From assembly GCA_002787155.1 (NCBI GenBank), contig PCVY01000065.1, forward strand, positions 1,286 to 65,285: 64,000 nt of DNA. The letters are read 5' to 3'. Below the pieces are notes generated by a model. It had not been told where the DNA came from and searched no databases. It saw only the letters and a program-made list of their open reading frames with translations. Of the stretch, positions 48,168 through 56,937 are shown piece by piece. This stretch comes from Candidatus Abzuiibacterium crystallinum. GTDB taxonomy: Bacteria > Omnitrophota > Omnitrophia > Omnitrophales > Abzuiibacteriaceae. The stretch's first letter is position 1. Each line of letters begins with the position of its first letter. A program made the translations under genes and the position numbers.

Positions 48168-49607
48168 ATGGACCCAATTGCAAGTTTAGCCTACTTTAAA
48201 CCGGAACTGATTCTCATTGCCGCAGTTTTTGTCATTCTAACCCTGGACCTCGCCGGATTGTCGAAACCGTGGCTGGGCTATTTGTCGATTGCCGCTTTAA
48301 TCGGCTCGGTCGCTTCTCTTTCCGGTAATTTATTTGATACGCACTGGCTCTTTTTTAACTTGATGATTTATGACGGCTTTAGCGTTTTAATACAAATCTT
48401 GGTTTTATTCATGGTAGGACTACCCATCCTAGCAACCATTGGGTCAACGCTGATTCACGAGAGACAAAAGGGTGAGTTTTACGTCATGATGTTAGCGCTT
48501 GCCCTTTTATTGATCATTATGGGCTCCACTACGCATCTTTTGATGATTTTCTTGGCGACGGAGGCTGTTTCCCTTTCCTCTTATTTATTGGTAGGCTCGC
48601 AAAAATTTAATAAAAAAGCGAGTGAAGCCTCTCTCAAATATTTGCTTTACGGCGCTGTGGCGACAGCCGTACTCGTTTTCGGCATGTCGCTGCTTTACGG
48701 CCTTTCAGGCACACTGGCACTGACCGAAATGCCGATTCGCTTAGCCAAATTAGGTCCTCAAGCGCAAGGGGCCGTTTTAACCGCCATGGTTTTAATGTTG
48801 GTGGGATTTGGTTTTAAAATCTCAATGGCACCTTTTCACATGTGGGCGCCGGATGTTTATGAGGGCGCACCAACACCGGTGGCAGGGTTTTTAACGGTGG
48901 CACCCAAAGCATTAGGGTTTTTGGTTTTATTCCGTGTCCTCACGATTGCTTTCCCCGTTCAATACCATGAATGGAGTGCTCTGCTCGTGATTTTATCAAT
49001 GCTGACCATGACCATCGGTAATGTTTTCGCCGTTTCACAAAACAACGTGAAGCGGATTTTGGCTTATTCAAGTGTGGCACAAGCCGGATATATTTTAATG
49101 GGTTTAGCCGCTTCCAGTGAAGTGGGTGTGTACGCTGTGTTTATTTATTTAATTACTTATCTATTTACGAATTTAGGCGCCTTCTTAGTAGTCGGTATTG
49201 TAGAGCAAAGCGAAGGAAGTAACTTGCTGGAAGCTTACCAAGGTTTGTCAAAACGAAATCCTTTCCTAGCCATGACATTAACGATTTTTTTATTGTCTCT
49301 TGCCGGCATTCCGCCGCTTGCCGGATTTATCGCTAAATGGTTTGTCTTCGCCAGCGCCATTCACATTGGCTTTATCTCATTAGCAGTCGTAGCTGCTGTG
49401 AATAGCGCCATTGCCGGTTTTTACTACTTTAAAATTGTGAAAGCGATGTACTTGAGCCCCGGAGACAAAGAAAGTCCTATCCGGAAAAATCACTTGGCAT
49501 TTACAGCTGTTTTGATTGCGCTTGCTGGCACCATATTAATTGGTATCCTGCCGTCTCCTGTGATTGTATTCGTTCAGCATGCTTTTATGAGTTTTCGAAC
49601 ACTTTAA
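48168..49607 (+). CDS. nuoN: Complex I subunit N
   Basis: EASLKY, FKISMAPFHMWAPDVYEGAP, KRILAYSS, SLAGIPP. Confidence 0.95.
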   Translation: MDPIASLAYFKPELILIAAVFVILTLDLAGLSKPWLGYLSIAALIGSVASLSGNLFDTHWLFFNLMIYDGFSVLIQILVLFMVGLPILATIGSTLIHERQKGEFYVMMLALALLLIIMGSTTHLLMIFLATEAVSLSSYLLVGSQKFNKKASEASLKYLLYGAVATAVLVFGMSLLYGLSGTLALTEMPIRLAKLGPQAQGAVLTAMVLMLVGFGFKISMAPFHMWAPDVYEGAPTPVAGFLTVAPKALGFLVLFRVLTIAFPVQYHEWSALLVILSMLTMTIGNVFAVSQNNVKRILAYSSVAQAGYILMGLAASSEVGVYAVFIYLITYLFTNLGAFLVVGIVEQSEGSNLLEAYQGLSKRNPFLAMTLTIFLLSLAGIPPLAGFIAKWFVFASAIHIGFISLAVVAAVNSAIAGFYYFKIVKAMYLSPGDKESPIRKNHLAFTAVLIALAGTILIGILPSPVIVFVQHAFMSFRTL

Positions 49608-49610
49608 GTA

Positions 49611-49747
49611 CAGTGTTCAGTGACCGGTGGCCAGTGATCAGAAATACTTTCAGATAATAATAAACGGTAAATCGGCTCTGATTTAAAAACAATATTAAAA
49701 TTAAGCGTTGGCGCGGCTGATCATTAACCACTGAGTACTGACCGCTG
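49611..49747. repeat. 7-mer inverted-arm cassette downstream of nuoN
   Basis: CAGTGTT CAGTGAC CGGTGGC CAGTGAT CAG ... CTGATCA TTAACCA CTGAGTA CTGACCG CTG. Confidence 0.7.
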
Positions 49748-49862
49748 ATTTGCTTTGACTTTCTTTATGTGTTAATTTACTAATAGTGCACAAGAGCACC
49801 GGACGCAAAAATTCTGGGCTCAGACCCCGCGTCAATTGCGGCTTCTGCGCTACACCAATACC

Positions 49863-50360
49863 ATGAATACAAAAAAAGGTTTTACACTTGTTGAACTTCT
49901 AATGGTGATTGCCATCATTGGTATCCTTGGTGCCATGATTTTACCGCGTCTTTTTGGCCCCACAGAACAAGGCCGCTCAACCGAAGCGCGCAATATGTTA
50001 GGGGCTATCCGTGAATTGGAAGAAGCCTATTTTCACGGGCCGGATGGCAGTTATTTAGCGTTGGATGCTGATGGTAATACTAATAATTTTTGTGATCAAG
50101 GTGAGGGTAACAGTTGGGATGTGCTCGGAATGGTTGACCCTAACGGCAATAGTGTTTATTTTGGTTATTGTGTAAGCGTCCCGAGTGCCGGTGAATTTTT
50201 AATCATCGCAACTCGAACTGGAACTGCCGACACACAAAATCAAGCGGGGACTATTATGTGTTTAAACCAAGCCGGTGAGTGGAGCGGCGATTATGTTCAT
50301 ATTCCGTTCAATCCGGACAATAATGCATGCTCGATAGGGCCGTGTTGCGGAGGTGGCTGA
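49863..50360 (+). CDS. Type IV pilin-like protein (acidic, Cys-rich)
   Basis: KG/FTLVELLMVIAIIGILGAMILP. Confidence 0.85.
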   Translation: MNTKKGFTLVELLMVIAIIGILGAMILPRLFGPTEQGRSTEARNMLGAIRELEEAYFHGPDGSYLALDADGNTNNFCDQGEGNSWDVLGMVDPNGNSVYFGYCVSVPSAGEFLIIATRTGTADTQNQAGTIMCLNQAGEWSGDYVHIPFNPDNNACSIGPCCGGG

Positions 50361-50839
50361 TGAAAAACCTAATAAGCGCCAATCAAAAAGGTTTTACATT
50401 AGTAGAGCTTTTAATCACCATTGCCATTGTCGGCATTTTGGCTGCAATTATCGTTCCGAGATTTTTGCAGGGTGAAGCAGCGCGCGCTTCTGAGGCGCTT
50501 TCACAATTAGCGGCTATCCGTTTGGGTGAAGAAGATTACCGCACCAACAACGGCATTTATTGCGGAACGGATGACGCTTGTTGGACAGATTGGTCAACCA
50601 TTACCATGGATAATCCCGGCTCGTCTCCTGAACGTTTCTTTGATTACGATGTGACAACAAATGATGTCGATTCTTTTTGTATTGTTGCCACGAGGGGTGA
50701 CTTCAACCCTTCAGGCAATGCCTTTGCCGGAACAACCATCTGTATGGATAATTTTGGCTCTTATTTTGGTGATCATCCCAAAGGCCCGGGTTTTGGCCAT
50801 AGCCCTGGCTCAGGCACCGGATGCGAAGGGGTTTGTTGA
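50360..50839 (+). CDS. Type IV pilin-like protein (paralog of the previous gene)
   Basis: KG/FTLVELLITIAIVGILAAIIVP; shares EA...L.AIR..EE.Y, F.I.ATR and AGT..C with the previous gene. Confidence 0.85.
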   Translation: MKNLISANQKGFTLVELLITIAIVGILAAIIVPRFLQGEAARASEALSQLAAIRLGEEDYRTNNGIYCGTDDACWTDWSTITMDNPGSSPERFFDYDVTTNDVDSFCIVATRGDFNPSGNAFAGTTICMDNFGSYFGDHPKGPGFGHSPGSGTGCEGVC

Positions 50840-51057
50840 TCCAAATTATCACATCTCACCTTTCATTTCCTTTTTAATCCCTCTTATTTCAATTTGACTT
50901 TCTTTAGCGTTAAATTAAGTCTTTTGCGTTTAACTCCCCCAATTGCTTTTACCCCCTCACATCGCTAAACTTTAAATGAGCCGAAAATAAGATTCAAATT
51001 AAGACTTGTGAGAACAGTTTAAAAAATGGAAAATACACAAGGAGCGTGTCACAGTAA

Positions 51058-51597
51058 ATGGTGAAACATTTGAAATGCTTTTCAAATCACAAAAGTGGTT
51101 TTTCATTGATTGAGGTCCTAGCCGCCAGCGTTATTTTGCTTTTAGTGGCCGGCGCGGTTTCTCAACTCAGTGCATACCCAAAAAGCAAAGTGATTGATCT
51201 TGAAAAACGCCTAGCTGTCATCGGAAAACTGGATGACGCTTTGGCCGCTTTCTCACAAAATCCTCCTTTTGCACTGGGGACGCAAACTTCTTGCAGCGCC
51301 AGTGGTGCTTGCGATGCAACGGTTTGCACGCATGATAATACAAACGCTTGCGAGGCGTTTACTCAAGGCGGTATTTGCGCCAATGCCATCGAGAATTCTG
51401 ATTTAACCGCGATTGTTCAGGCTTACCCAACGGCTTGCTATGTGGCAATTATTTTAGATCCGACCATTGATGACAATGTCAATAGTCCTGATCAACCTAG
51501 TTTTAGAAATACGCAAGTGGGCGCCCTGGCGGAATGGATGAGCTCACAAAATCAAAAAACGCACGAGGCTTTGACAACCTATGTTTTCGCGACATAA
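51058..51597 (+). CDS. Minor pilin, PilV-like
   Basis: SG/FSLIEVLAASVIL. Confidence 0.7.
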   Translation: MVKHLKCFSNHKSGFSLIEVLAASVILLLVAGAVSQLSAYPKSKVIDLEKRLAVIGKLDDALAAFSQNPPFALGTQTSCSASGACDATVCTHDNTNACEAFTQGGICANAIENSDLTAIVQAYPTACYVAIILDPTIDDNVNSPDQPSFRNTQVGALAEWMSSQNQKTHEALTTYVFAT

Positions 51598-52183
51598 ACA
51601 AAATCAAAAAGCTGTTCGGGGGCTGACGCTGGTGGAACTGATTGTTGCCATCACACTGGTGCCTATTTTGATTTATGCTGCCTCTATCATGTATTTAAAT
51701 GTCTCAAAAACCATGGAGACAACCGCTGTCCGCGGAGACGCACTCACGGAACACACGCTAGTCAAAAGCACGTTGGAACGCATGATCCCTAACGCGCAAA
51801 CGGCGGATGTGGATACAAGCGCTTATTGCACCGAGCAGTGCGGTGATGGCGGCGGCAATTGTGAATGGTGTTACGGTTTAACACTCAATTTACCTGACAA
51901 CAGCACCCAAATTCTGGGAATCCGTACAGACATCGGTGCATCATCCGCTGTTTTAGAGTTTAAAAACGAAGGCGACGTCCATTACACGCAAGTCTCTTAC
52001 ATGGGCACCATTACTTGCGGCACACCCGGTAGTTGCGATGCATTAGAAGGCAGCGCGCGTCCTTTTGATTGGGATGAAAACAATGAGGAAGTTTCATATA
52101 ATCTTGCATTTGATACGGGCGATGGAACTCGTTTTATGCATTCAGCCGGACACATTCGGTTGGAAGGCGGTACGGGCGTATGA
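51581..52183 (+). CDS. Minor pilin, PilW-like
   Basis: RG/LTLVELIVAI. Confidence 0.7.
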   Translation: MFSRHKQNQKAVRGLTLVELIVAITLVPILIYAASIMYLNVSKTMETTAVRGDALTEHTLVKSTLERMIPNAQTADVDTSAYCTEQCGDGGGNCEWCYGLTLNLPDNSTQILGIRTDIGASSAVLEFKNEGDVHYTQVSYMGTITCGTPGSCDALEGSARPFDWDENNEEVSYNLAFDTGDGTRFMHSAGHIRLEGGTGV

Positions 52184-55100
52184 GTACTCTAAAACGTCAA
52201 AAAAATAACAGCGGTTATGTGACCTTGGCACTCACCTTCCTGATTGCCATAGCGGTGCCTCTTTTCTATATCGGCGTTTACTATGACATTTCCAACCAAA
52301 ACAAAGTGGTGTCACGCGACAAACAGGATAAAATTTTGAAATGGTCTACGCGCGCCATGTTAGCCAGAACGCAATACGAATTTCAGAAACAAGTCGCGGA
52401 ATTTAGTCTGGAAGACTCGCGTTTCAATCTAGGCTTGGTAGAAGAAATTAACACTCCCGTCTTTAATTGGTTTGATCAAGGAGCGCCTTTTAAAGCAAAC
52501 TATGCTGCTTTCATTCAAGGAACGGAATTAAGCGACTTTGCGGTAAAAAATGTGACGCCTGTTCCGGGCTGCCTCGATTGCGGCGTGACGGTTAATGATA
52601 TCGACCGTTTATTAGGAACAGCGGAAATCAATATTACAATTCAAACACAGTTAGAAGACGTCAATCTAATCGACGCCACAAGGCGGATGACGCAGCATTT
52701 GAGTTTAGCCGTTTCTAACTTAGCGGATTTTGCTATCTTCACGAATAAAGACTTCGTCACCAACCCCGGACCTGACACAGTATACGATGGTCCCATTTAC
52801 GTCGGTGAAAATGCTTATTTAACGCCCAGTAAAGACCACAAAATTACCTTGCGTTTTGACGGCACAGATGCCTACGATGACGGAAAAGTTTACAACCTTA
52901 AAGCCAGCGGACACCTTTCTTGGTTTGGTCCGCGAGGTCTTGGCTGCGACCCTAAGGACAACAATTGCGTGAGCGATGAGAATCAGTTATTTGAAAGCGG
53001 TCTTTATGAAGTTGATGTTTTTGGCAAACCGGTCATGTACCACTTTATCAGCAACATTGACTATGGCGATGTGGGTGAATCTACTTTGGAAGCGATGGAT
53101 AACTCGCCTGAAAATTTTGACAGTGATCTCAATAATGATCAATATATCAAATTACTTGGAAGCAGTCCGCTGAGGCCGCCTGTTAGTTTCTTTACAGGGC
53201 GGGATCAGTCAGATGGCATGTGGCCCAGCACAACCGTTCATACGCTGACAGCAGATCTTAATTCCGGTGGTGCCGTATTTAACAGCTCAACAGCATATGA
53301 TGGGACCAATCCCGTGAATTACTATGAGAACCCTGATTGGGACGGATTTCGTGCGACACACTTTGACCGTCTGAATGGATTTTCATTAATAAAAGACGGC
53401 GCACCGGCACAACAATTGCTTTTGGGCGGCGTGGATGATCCTCATGTCTTAATTGAGTCGGCAGGCTCTGGTGACAATGGTTTTGTTAAAAGTGTTAAAT
53501 TGCAATGGCTGGGGCGGGAACCGCAACCCAATATTTCGGGTTTATCCATTGACTTCAAACAACTATTTTGTCAACAACCTGATCTGATTGGGTCTTCTTT
53601 TCCCCATAATTGTACCGTCGGTGAAAACTATGAAGATCCTCTATTGTGGGAAGGCCGTTATTTTTATTATGACAGCGGTACTTTTGGATCCGCCAATAAC
53701 GAAAACGGTTTCATTAGAATTTTAAAACCGCCATTCAGTCTTTACTGGAGTTTTTTGATGCCCTCCGAAGACTCCGCCACTTATATTGATAACAGACGAA
53801 AACCAAGCACCGGCACTACCGCATTGGCTATTATTGAAATAGACGTGGCAAAACTAAAAAATTTAATTGAAAACGGACTTGTCACGGAAGGCGCGTTAGG
53901 TCCTAACGGTGACACCTACGAGAAATATAACGATTTGGGGCTGGCAAACCGGTTTGGAGATCCTGATAAGCCATTCATTCTATACATTGGCCTAACCCCG
54001 CCTCTGAACACAACAAACCGGGATCCTTGGTGGACACCTCTTAATGGTCATGGTGCCACCCATACATTTGATCCTTTCCGCGCAGTCGTAAGATTGGTTC
54101 ATGCAGACCAACTGCCTGATGCAGGTTTGACGATTGCGACAAACGGACCGGTTCAAATTGTCGGTGACTATAACACAGAAGCACCTCAGGAGGGCACCCC
54201 GCCTGAAGCATGTACCATGAAACCTGCAGCGGTCATGGCGGACCAGATTATGGTGCTCTCTAACAGTTGGCAGGATTACACAGGAACGCCCGACGATCCT
54301 TATATTGACCCGAGTGACGGCATTCAATATCCGGCACCCAGAGATGATTTGAACAACCTGTTCTCCAAAGACGATTACAGAGCCCATCCCGTCCGTTCTC
54401 AATGTACCGAACAAGAAGAAGAAAACGGCAGCTGCTTTGATGACACAGCGGAGATAAATGCCATGTTAATCGGCGGCGATATCCCCAACCAATTGGTAGC
54501 CGTTACTGCTTCTGAGATTGAAGGCGGGAACCTGGACCGGTATGGTTTGTTTTATGATGGTAATTTAACGGGTGTGAATGGTGACGAAAAATTAAGACCG
54601 CATAACAACCCGAGCGCATCTGATGACCAGCATACCTACGTCAAAGGCACCCAAGTCAGAGATCAAAATCAAATTGATGACACCGCTTATCTGAATATAC
54701 CGGTCATACTTATCACAGGTTATGATGCTAACGATAACCCTATTTATAGCAACGCCGGAACGGTCGGGCAAGTGTTTGGAACAGCCAATAATGACGGAAA
54801 GTGTGCGGATTGCTGGCGAGATGGCGTGACGATTCCTGATATTCCGATGTACCTTACAATGGATCGTGACGGTACTTACACTTATTTGAATACGGGCAAT
54901 ATGAACACTTCGCATTTGAAACCATCCGACATGATTCAGACTGATCCAACCAGCAATACGGCTAAATGGGCAGTGAAACCGGGTTCCCGTTTTGCTGCTA
55001 TTGTGAATGACGGAAAAAATTCGAACGAACGCTTTTTATTTCCGAACACAGCCGCCAAATGCTGCAAATTAAACAGCCCTGAAGGTTGCTGTGATGTCGC

Positions 55101-55866
55101 TCAACAAGGCTGCAACGGCCCGCCCTGCGATGCTTGCCCGGGTCAAAACTATGTGGTTTGTAACGACTGCTCAGGTTTTAACAATGGTCAAAATATTTGC
55201 AATACGGATCCTAACGGCCAAGGTAAATGTTCCAACAACATGGAATGCTGGGATTGTCCATATTATCAGTGCGGCGGTGAAGGCGGCTGTTCTACTGAAA
55301 CTTATTGCGGGCCTGAGGCTGATACCGTTTGTTGGTCGGACACATGTCCGGCAGAATTAGGATGCGGGCGAGATGCGTATCAATGCGGCACTGCCGGCGA
55401 ATTTCCGCCTGAAATCAAAGTGGTTTATTCACCGGGCGGTAAACCAAGGTTTACTTACCGCCAAAACGGCCAAAATCCGCAAAATGGAACCATTAAACGA
55501 AAGGGGCTCTATGTTCCTCATTGGGAACCAAAATACAGCGGTGGAATTGAAAACTATGTCCGCTTAGGAGAAGATTGGCGGCATTGGGATTGCAACTGCA
55601 CCGGCAATAGCTGTTCATCTTGTACGCCGACGACTACCAATAATGAAATGAAAATTACCGGAACATTAGATATTTTATGGCCGTCTCAAAGTTTAGTGAA
55701 AGGGAACGGACCGGATGCCCCGAAAGCTTTTTGGGTCAGCACCACTTATACAGCGCCGGACAGAACCGTCAGATATGCCCGGGATTTGCGCGAGAATGAA
55801 GTCTGTCCGCCGGCCGGTCTTCCCATGTCTGTTCAGTTGACACTGAAAGGGTTTAAGCAGGAATAA
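52180..55866 (+). CDS. Giant PilX/GspK-like pilin (1228 aa) with Cys-rich insertion
   Basis: SG/YVTLALTFLI N-terminal helix lacking Glu5; follows pilV/W-like genes; GLTIATNGPVQIVGDYN, PAAVMADQIMVLSNSW, YSGGIENYVRLGEDW. Confidence 0.65.
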   Translation: MSTLKRQKNNSGYVTLALTFLIAIAVPLFYIGVYYDISNQNKVVSRDKQDKILKWSTRAMLARTQYEFQKQVAEFSLEDSRFNLGLVEEINTPVFNWFDQGAPFKANYAAFIQGTELSDFAVKNVTPVPGCLDCGVTVNDIDRLLGTAEINITIQTQLEDVNLIDATRRMTQHLSLAVSNLADFAIFTNKDFVTNPGPDTVYDGPIYVGENAYLTPSKDHKITLRFDGTDAYDDGKVYNLKASGHLSWFGPRGLGCDPKDNNCVSDENQLFESGLYEVDVFGKPVMYHFISNIDYGDVGESTLEAMDNSPENFDSDLNNDQYIKLLGSSPLRPPVSFFTGRDQSDGMWPSTTVHTLTADLNSGGAVFNSSTAYDGTNPVNYYENPDWDGFRATHFDRLNGFSLIKDGAPAQQLLLGGVDDPHVLIESAGSGDNGFVKSVKLQWLGREPQPNISGLSIDFKQLFCQQPDLIGSSFPHNCTVGENYEDPLLWEGRYFYYDSGTFGSANNENGFIRILKPPFSLYWSFLMPSEDSATYIDNRRKPSTGTTALAIIEIDVAKLKNLIENGLVTEGALGPNGDTYEKYNDLGLANRFGDPDKPFILYIGLTPPLNTTNRDPWWTPLNGHGATHTFDPFRAVVRLVHADQLPDAGLTIATNGPVQIVGDYNTEAPQEGTPPEACTMKPAAVMADQIMVLSNSWQDYTGTPDDPYIDPSDGIQYPAPRDDLNNLFSKDDYRAHPVRSQCTEQEEENGSCFDDTAEINAMLIGGDIPNQLVAVTASEIEGGNLDRYGLFYDGNLTGVNGDEKLRPHNNPSASDDQHTYVKGTQVRDQNQIDDTAYLNIPVILITGYDANDNPIYSNAGTVGQVFGTANNDGKCADCWRDGVTIPDIPMYLTMDRDGTYTYLNTGNMNTSHLKPSDMIQTDPTSNTAKWAVKPGSRFAAIVNDGKNSNERFLFPNTAAKCCKLNSPEGCCDVAQQGCNGPPCDACPGQNYVVCNDCSGFNNGQNICNTDPNGQGKCSNNMECWDCPYYQCGGEGGCSTETYCGPEADTVCWSDTCPAELGCGRDAYQCGTAGEFPPEIKVVYSPGGKPRFTYRQNGQNPQNGTIKRKGLYVPHWEPKYSGGIENYVRLGEDWRHWDCNCTGNSCSSCTPTTTNNEMKITGTLDILWPSQSLVKGNGPDAPKAFWVSTTYTAPDRTVRYARDLRENEVCPPAGLPMSVQLTLKGFKQE

Positions 55867-55868
55867 AC

Positions 55869-56843
55869 ATGAAATCATGGCTGAACCTAAAAAAAAACAA
55901 TTGGGGCGTTACCCTTTATGAACTGCTTGCAGTCATTGTCATTGTGGGCATCATGGCAAGCGTCACTTATGCCACCTATACACGCCAAGCCCAGAAAAAT
56001 CAAAGGAAAGAAGCTGTTAAATTTATTCATTCTCTTTTAGACGGGGCACGTCTTTATGATATGCAGCACCCGCCCTCACTCACCGGAGACCGCACGCATC
56101 AAGATTGGATAGAAAATTGGAAAACGTATTTGGTTCAGTATGCCACAAGAGAGTTTGATTACTCGCCCCCCAATTCACCTATTTTATTAACCGGTCCTGA
56201 AAGCAAACGAAATAGTTATTTTTTTGATGAGGTGGACGGTAAATTACATATTTATGCCAACTATTCCAACATTCCCGTTTATGATTACGTGACTTGGGAC
56301 GGTCAAATTGGTGAAGAATCCGGCGGCGGTGTCGAATGTACGGCTAATGCGGAATGTTTTTCTGATTTTTGCACCACAGCAACTTGCGTTGACGGCACTT
56401 GTCAGTATGCTCCGCTCACCTGTGACGATGGCAATGAATGTACGGCAGACAGCTGCGATGACGCAATTGGATGTGTTTTTGATCCTGGTCCAAGAAACGG
56501 CGAAACTTGCGACGACGGCAACCAGTGTACCAATAACGGCACTTGTAATAATGGTGTTTGCGAACCCGGAAACAACCTGCCTGATAATACGCCTTGCGAC
56601 GACGGCAATCTCTGTACCTTGAACGACAAATGTTTAAGCGGCGCTTGTCTTGGCTCGGTAAAATCTTGCGTGCTGACCATTGGCACCCCTATTTGCCAAA
56701 GAACATCCTGCAATCCTGACACGGGTAATTGCGACCTGTATCCCGGCAATAACACCTCCTGCGATGACGGTGATCCTTGCAGCGATCCTGACTATTGCGA
56801 CGGTGCCGGGAATTGTATCGGCTCATCCCCTCCTTGCAACTAA
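55869..56843 (+). CDS. Pilin-like protein fused to CDDGNxCT cysteine-rich repeats
   Basis: WG/VTLYELLAVIVIVGIMA; CDDGNECT, CDDGNQCT, CDDGNLCT, CDDGDPCS. Confidence 0.75.
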   Translation: MKSWLNLKKNNWGVTLYELLAVIVIVGIMASVTYATYTRQAQKNQRKEAVKFIHSLLDGARLYDMQHPPSLTGDRTHQDWIENWKTYLVQYATREFDYSPPNSPILLTGPESKRNSYFFDEVDGKLHIYANYSNIPVYDYVTWDGQIGEESGGGVECTANAECFSDFCTTATCVDGTCQYAPLTCDDGNECTADSCDDAIGCVFDPGPRNGETCDDGNQCTNNGTCNNGVCEPGNNLPDNTPCDDGNLCTLNDKCLSGACLGSVKSCVLTIGTPICQRTSCNPDTGNCDLYPGNNTSCDDGDPCSDPDYCDGAGNCIGSSPPCN

Positions 56844-56937
56844 GATTGAGTTACAATTTTAATCGAAAAAAATAATCGCAATTATCCCCGCATTTCAGTA
56901 TAATCTCAACTCGTTGGTTTTTTAACTCCTAGAAAAT

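Noticed and set aside
49786-49850. c-di-GMP-I riboswitch before the pilin cluster (GACGCAAA word)
   Set aside because: Lacks the GGCAAAC...GNRA P2 arm and a recognisable P3; an Rfam scan would settle it
50845-50895. Possible orphan 7-mer arm (TTATCAC ATCTCAC CTTTCAT)
   Set aside because: No complementary partner arm found; could be a pyrimidine-rich spacer
50960-50990. Sigma28 promoter before the pilV-like gene (GCCGAAAA)
   Set aside because: TAAA lies only 10 nt upstream; no -35 match at 15-nt spacing
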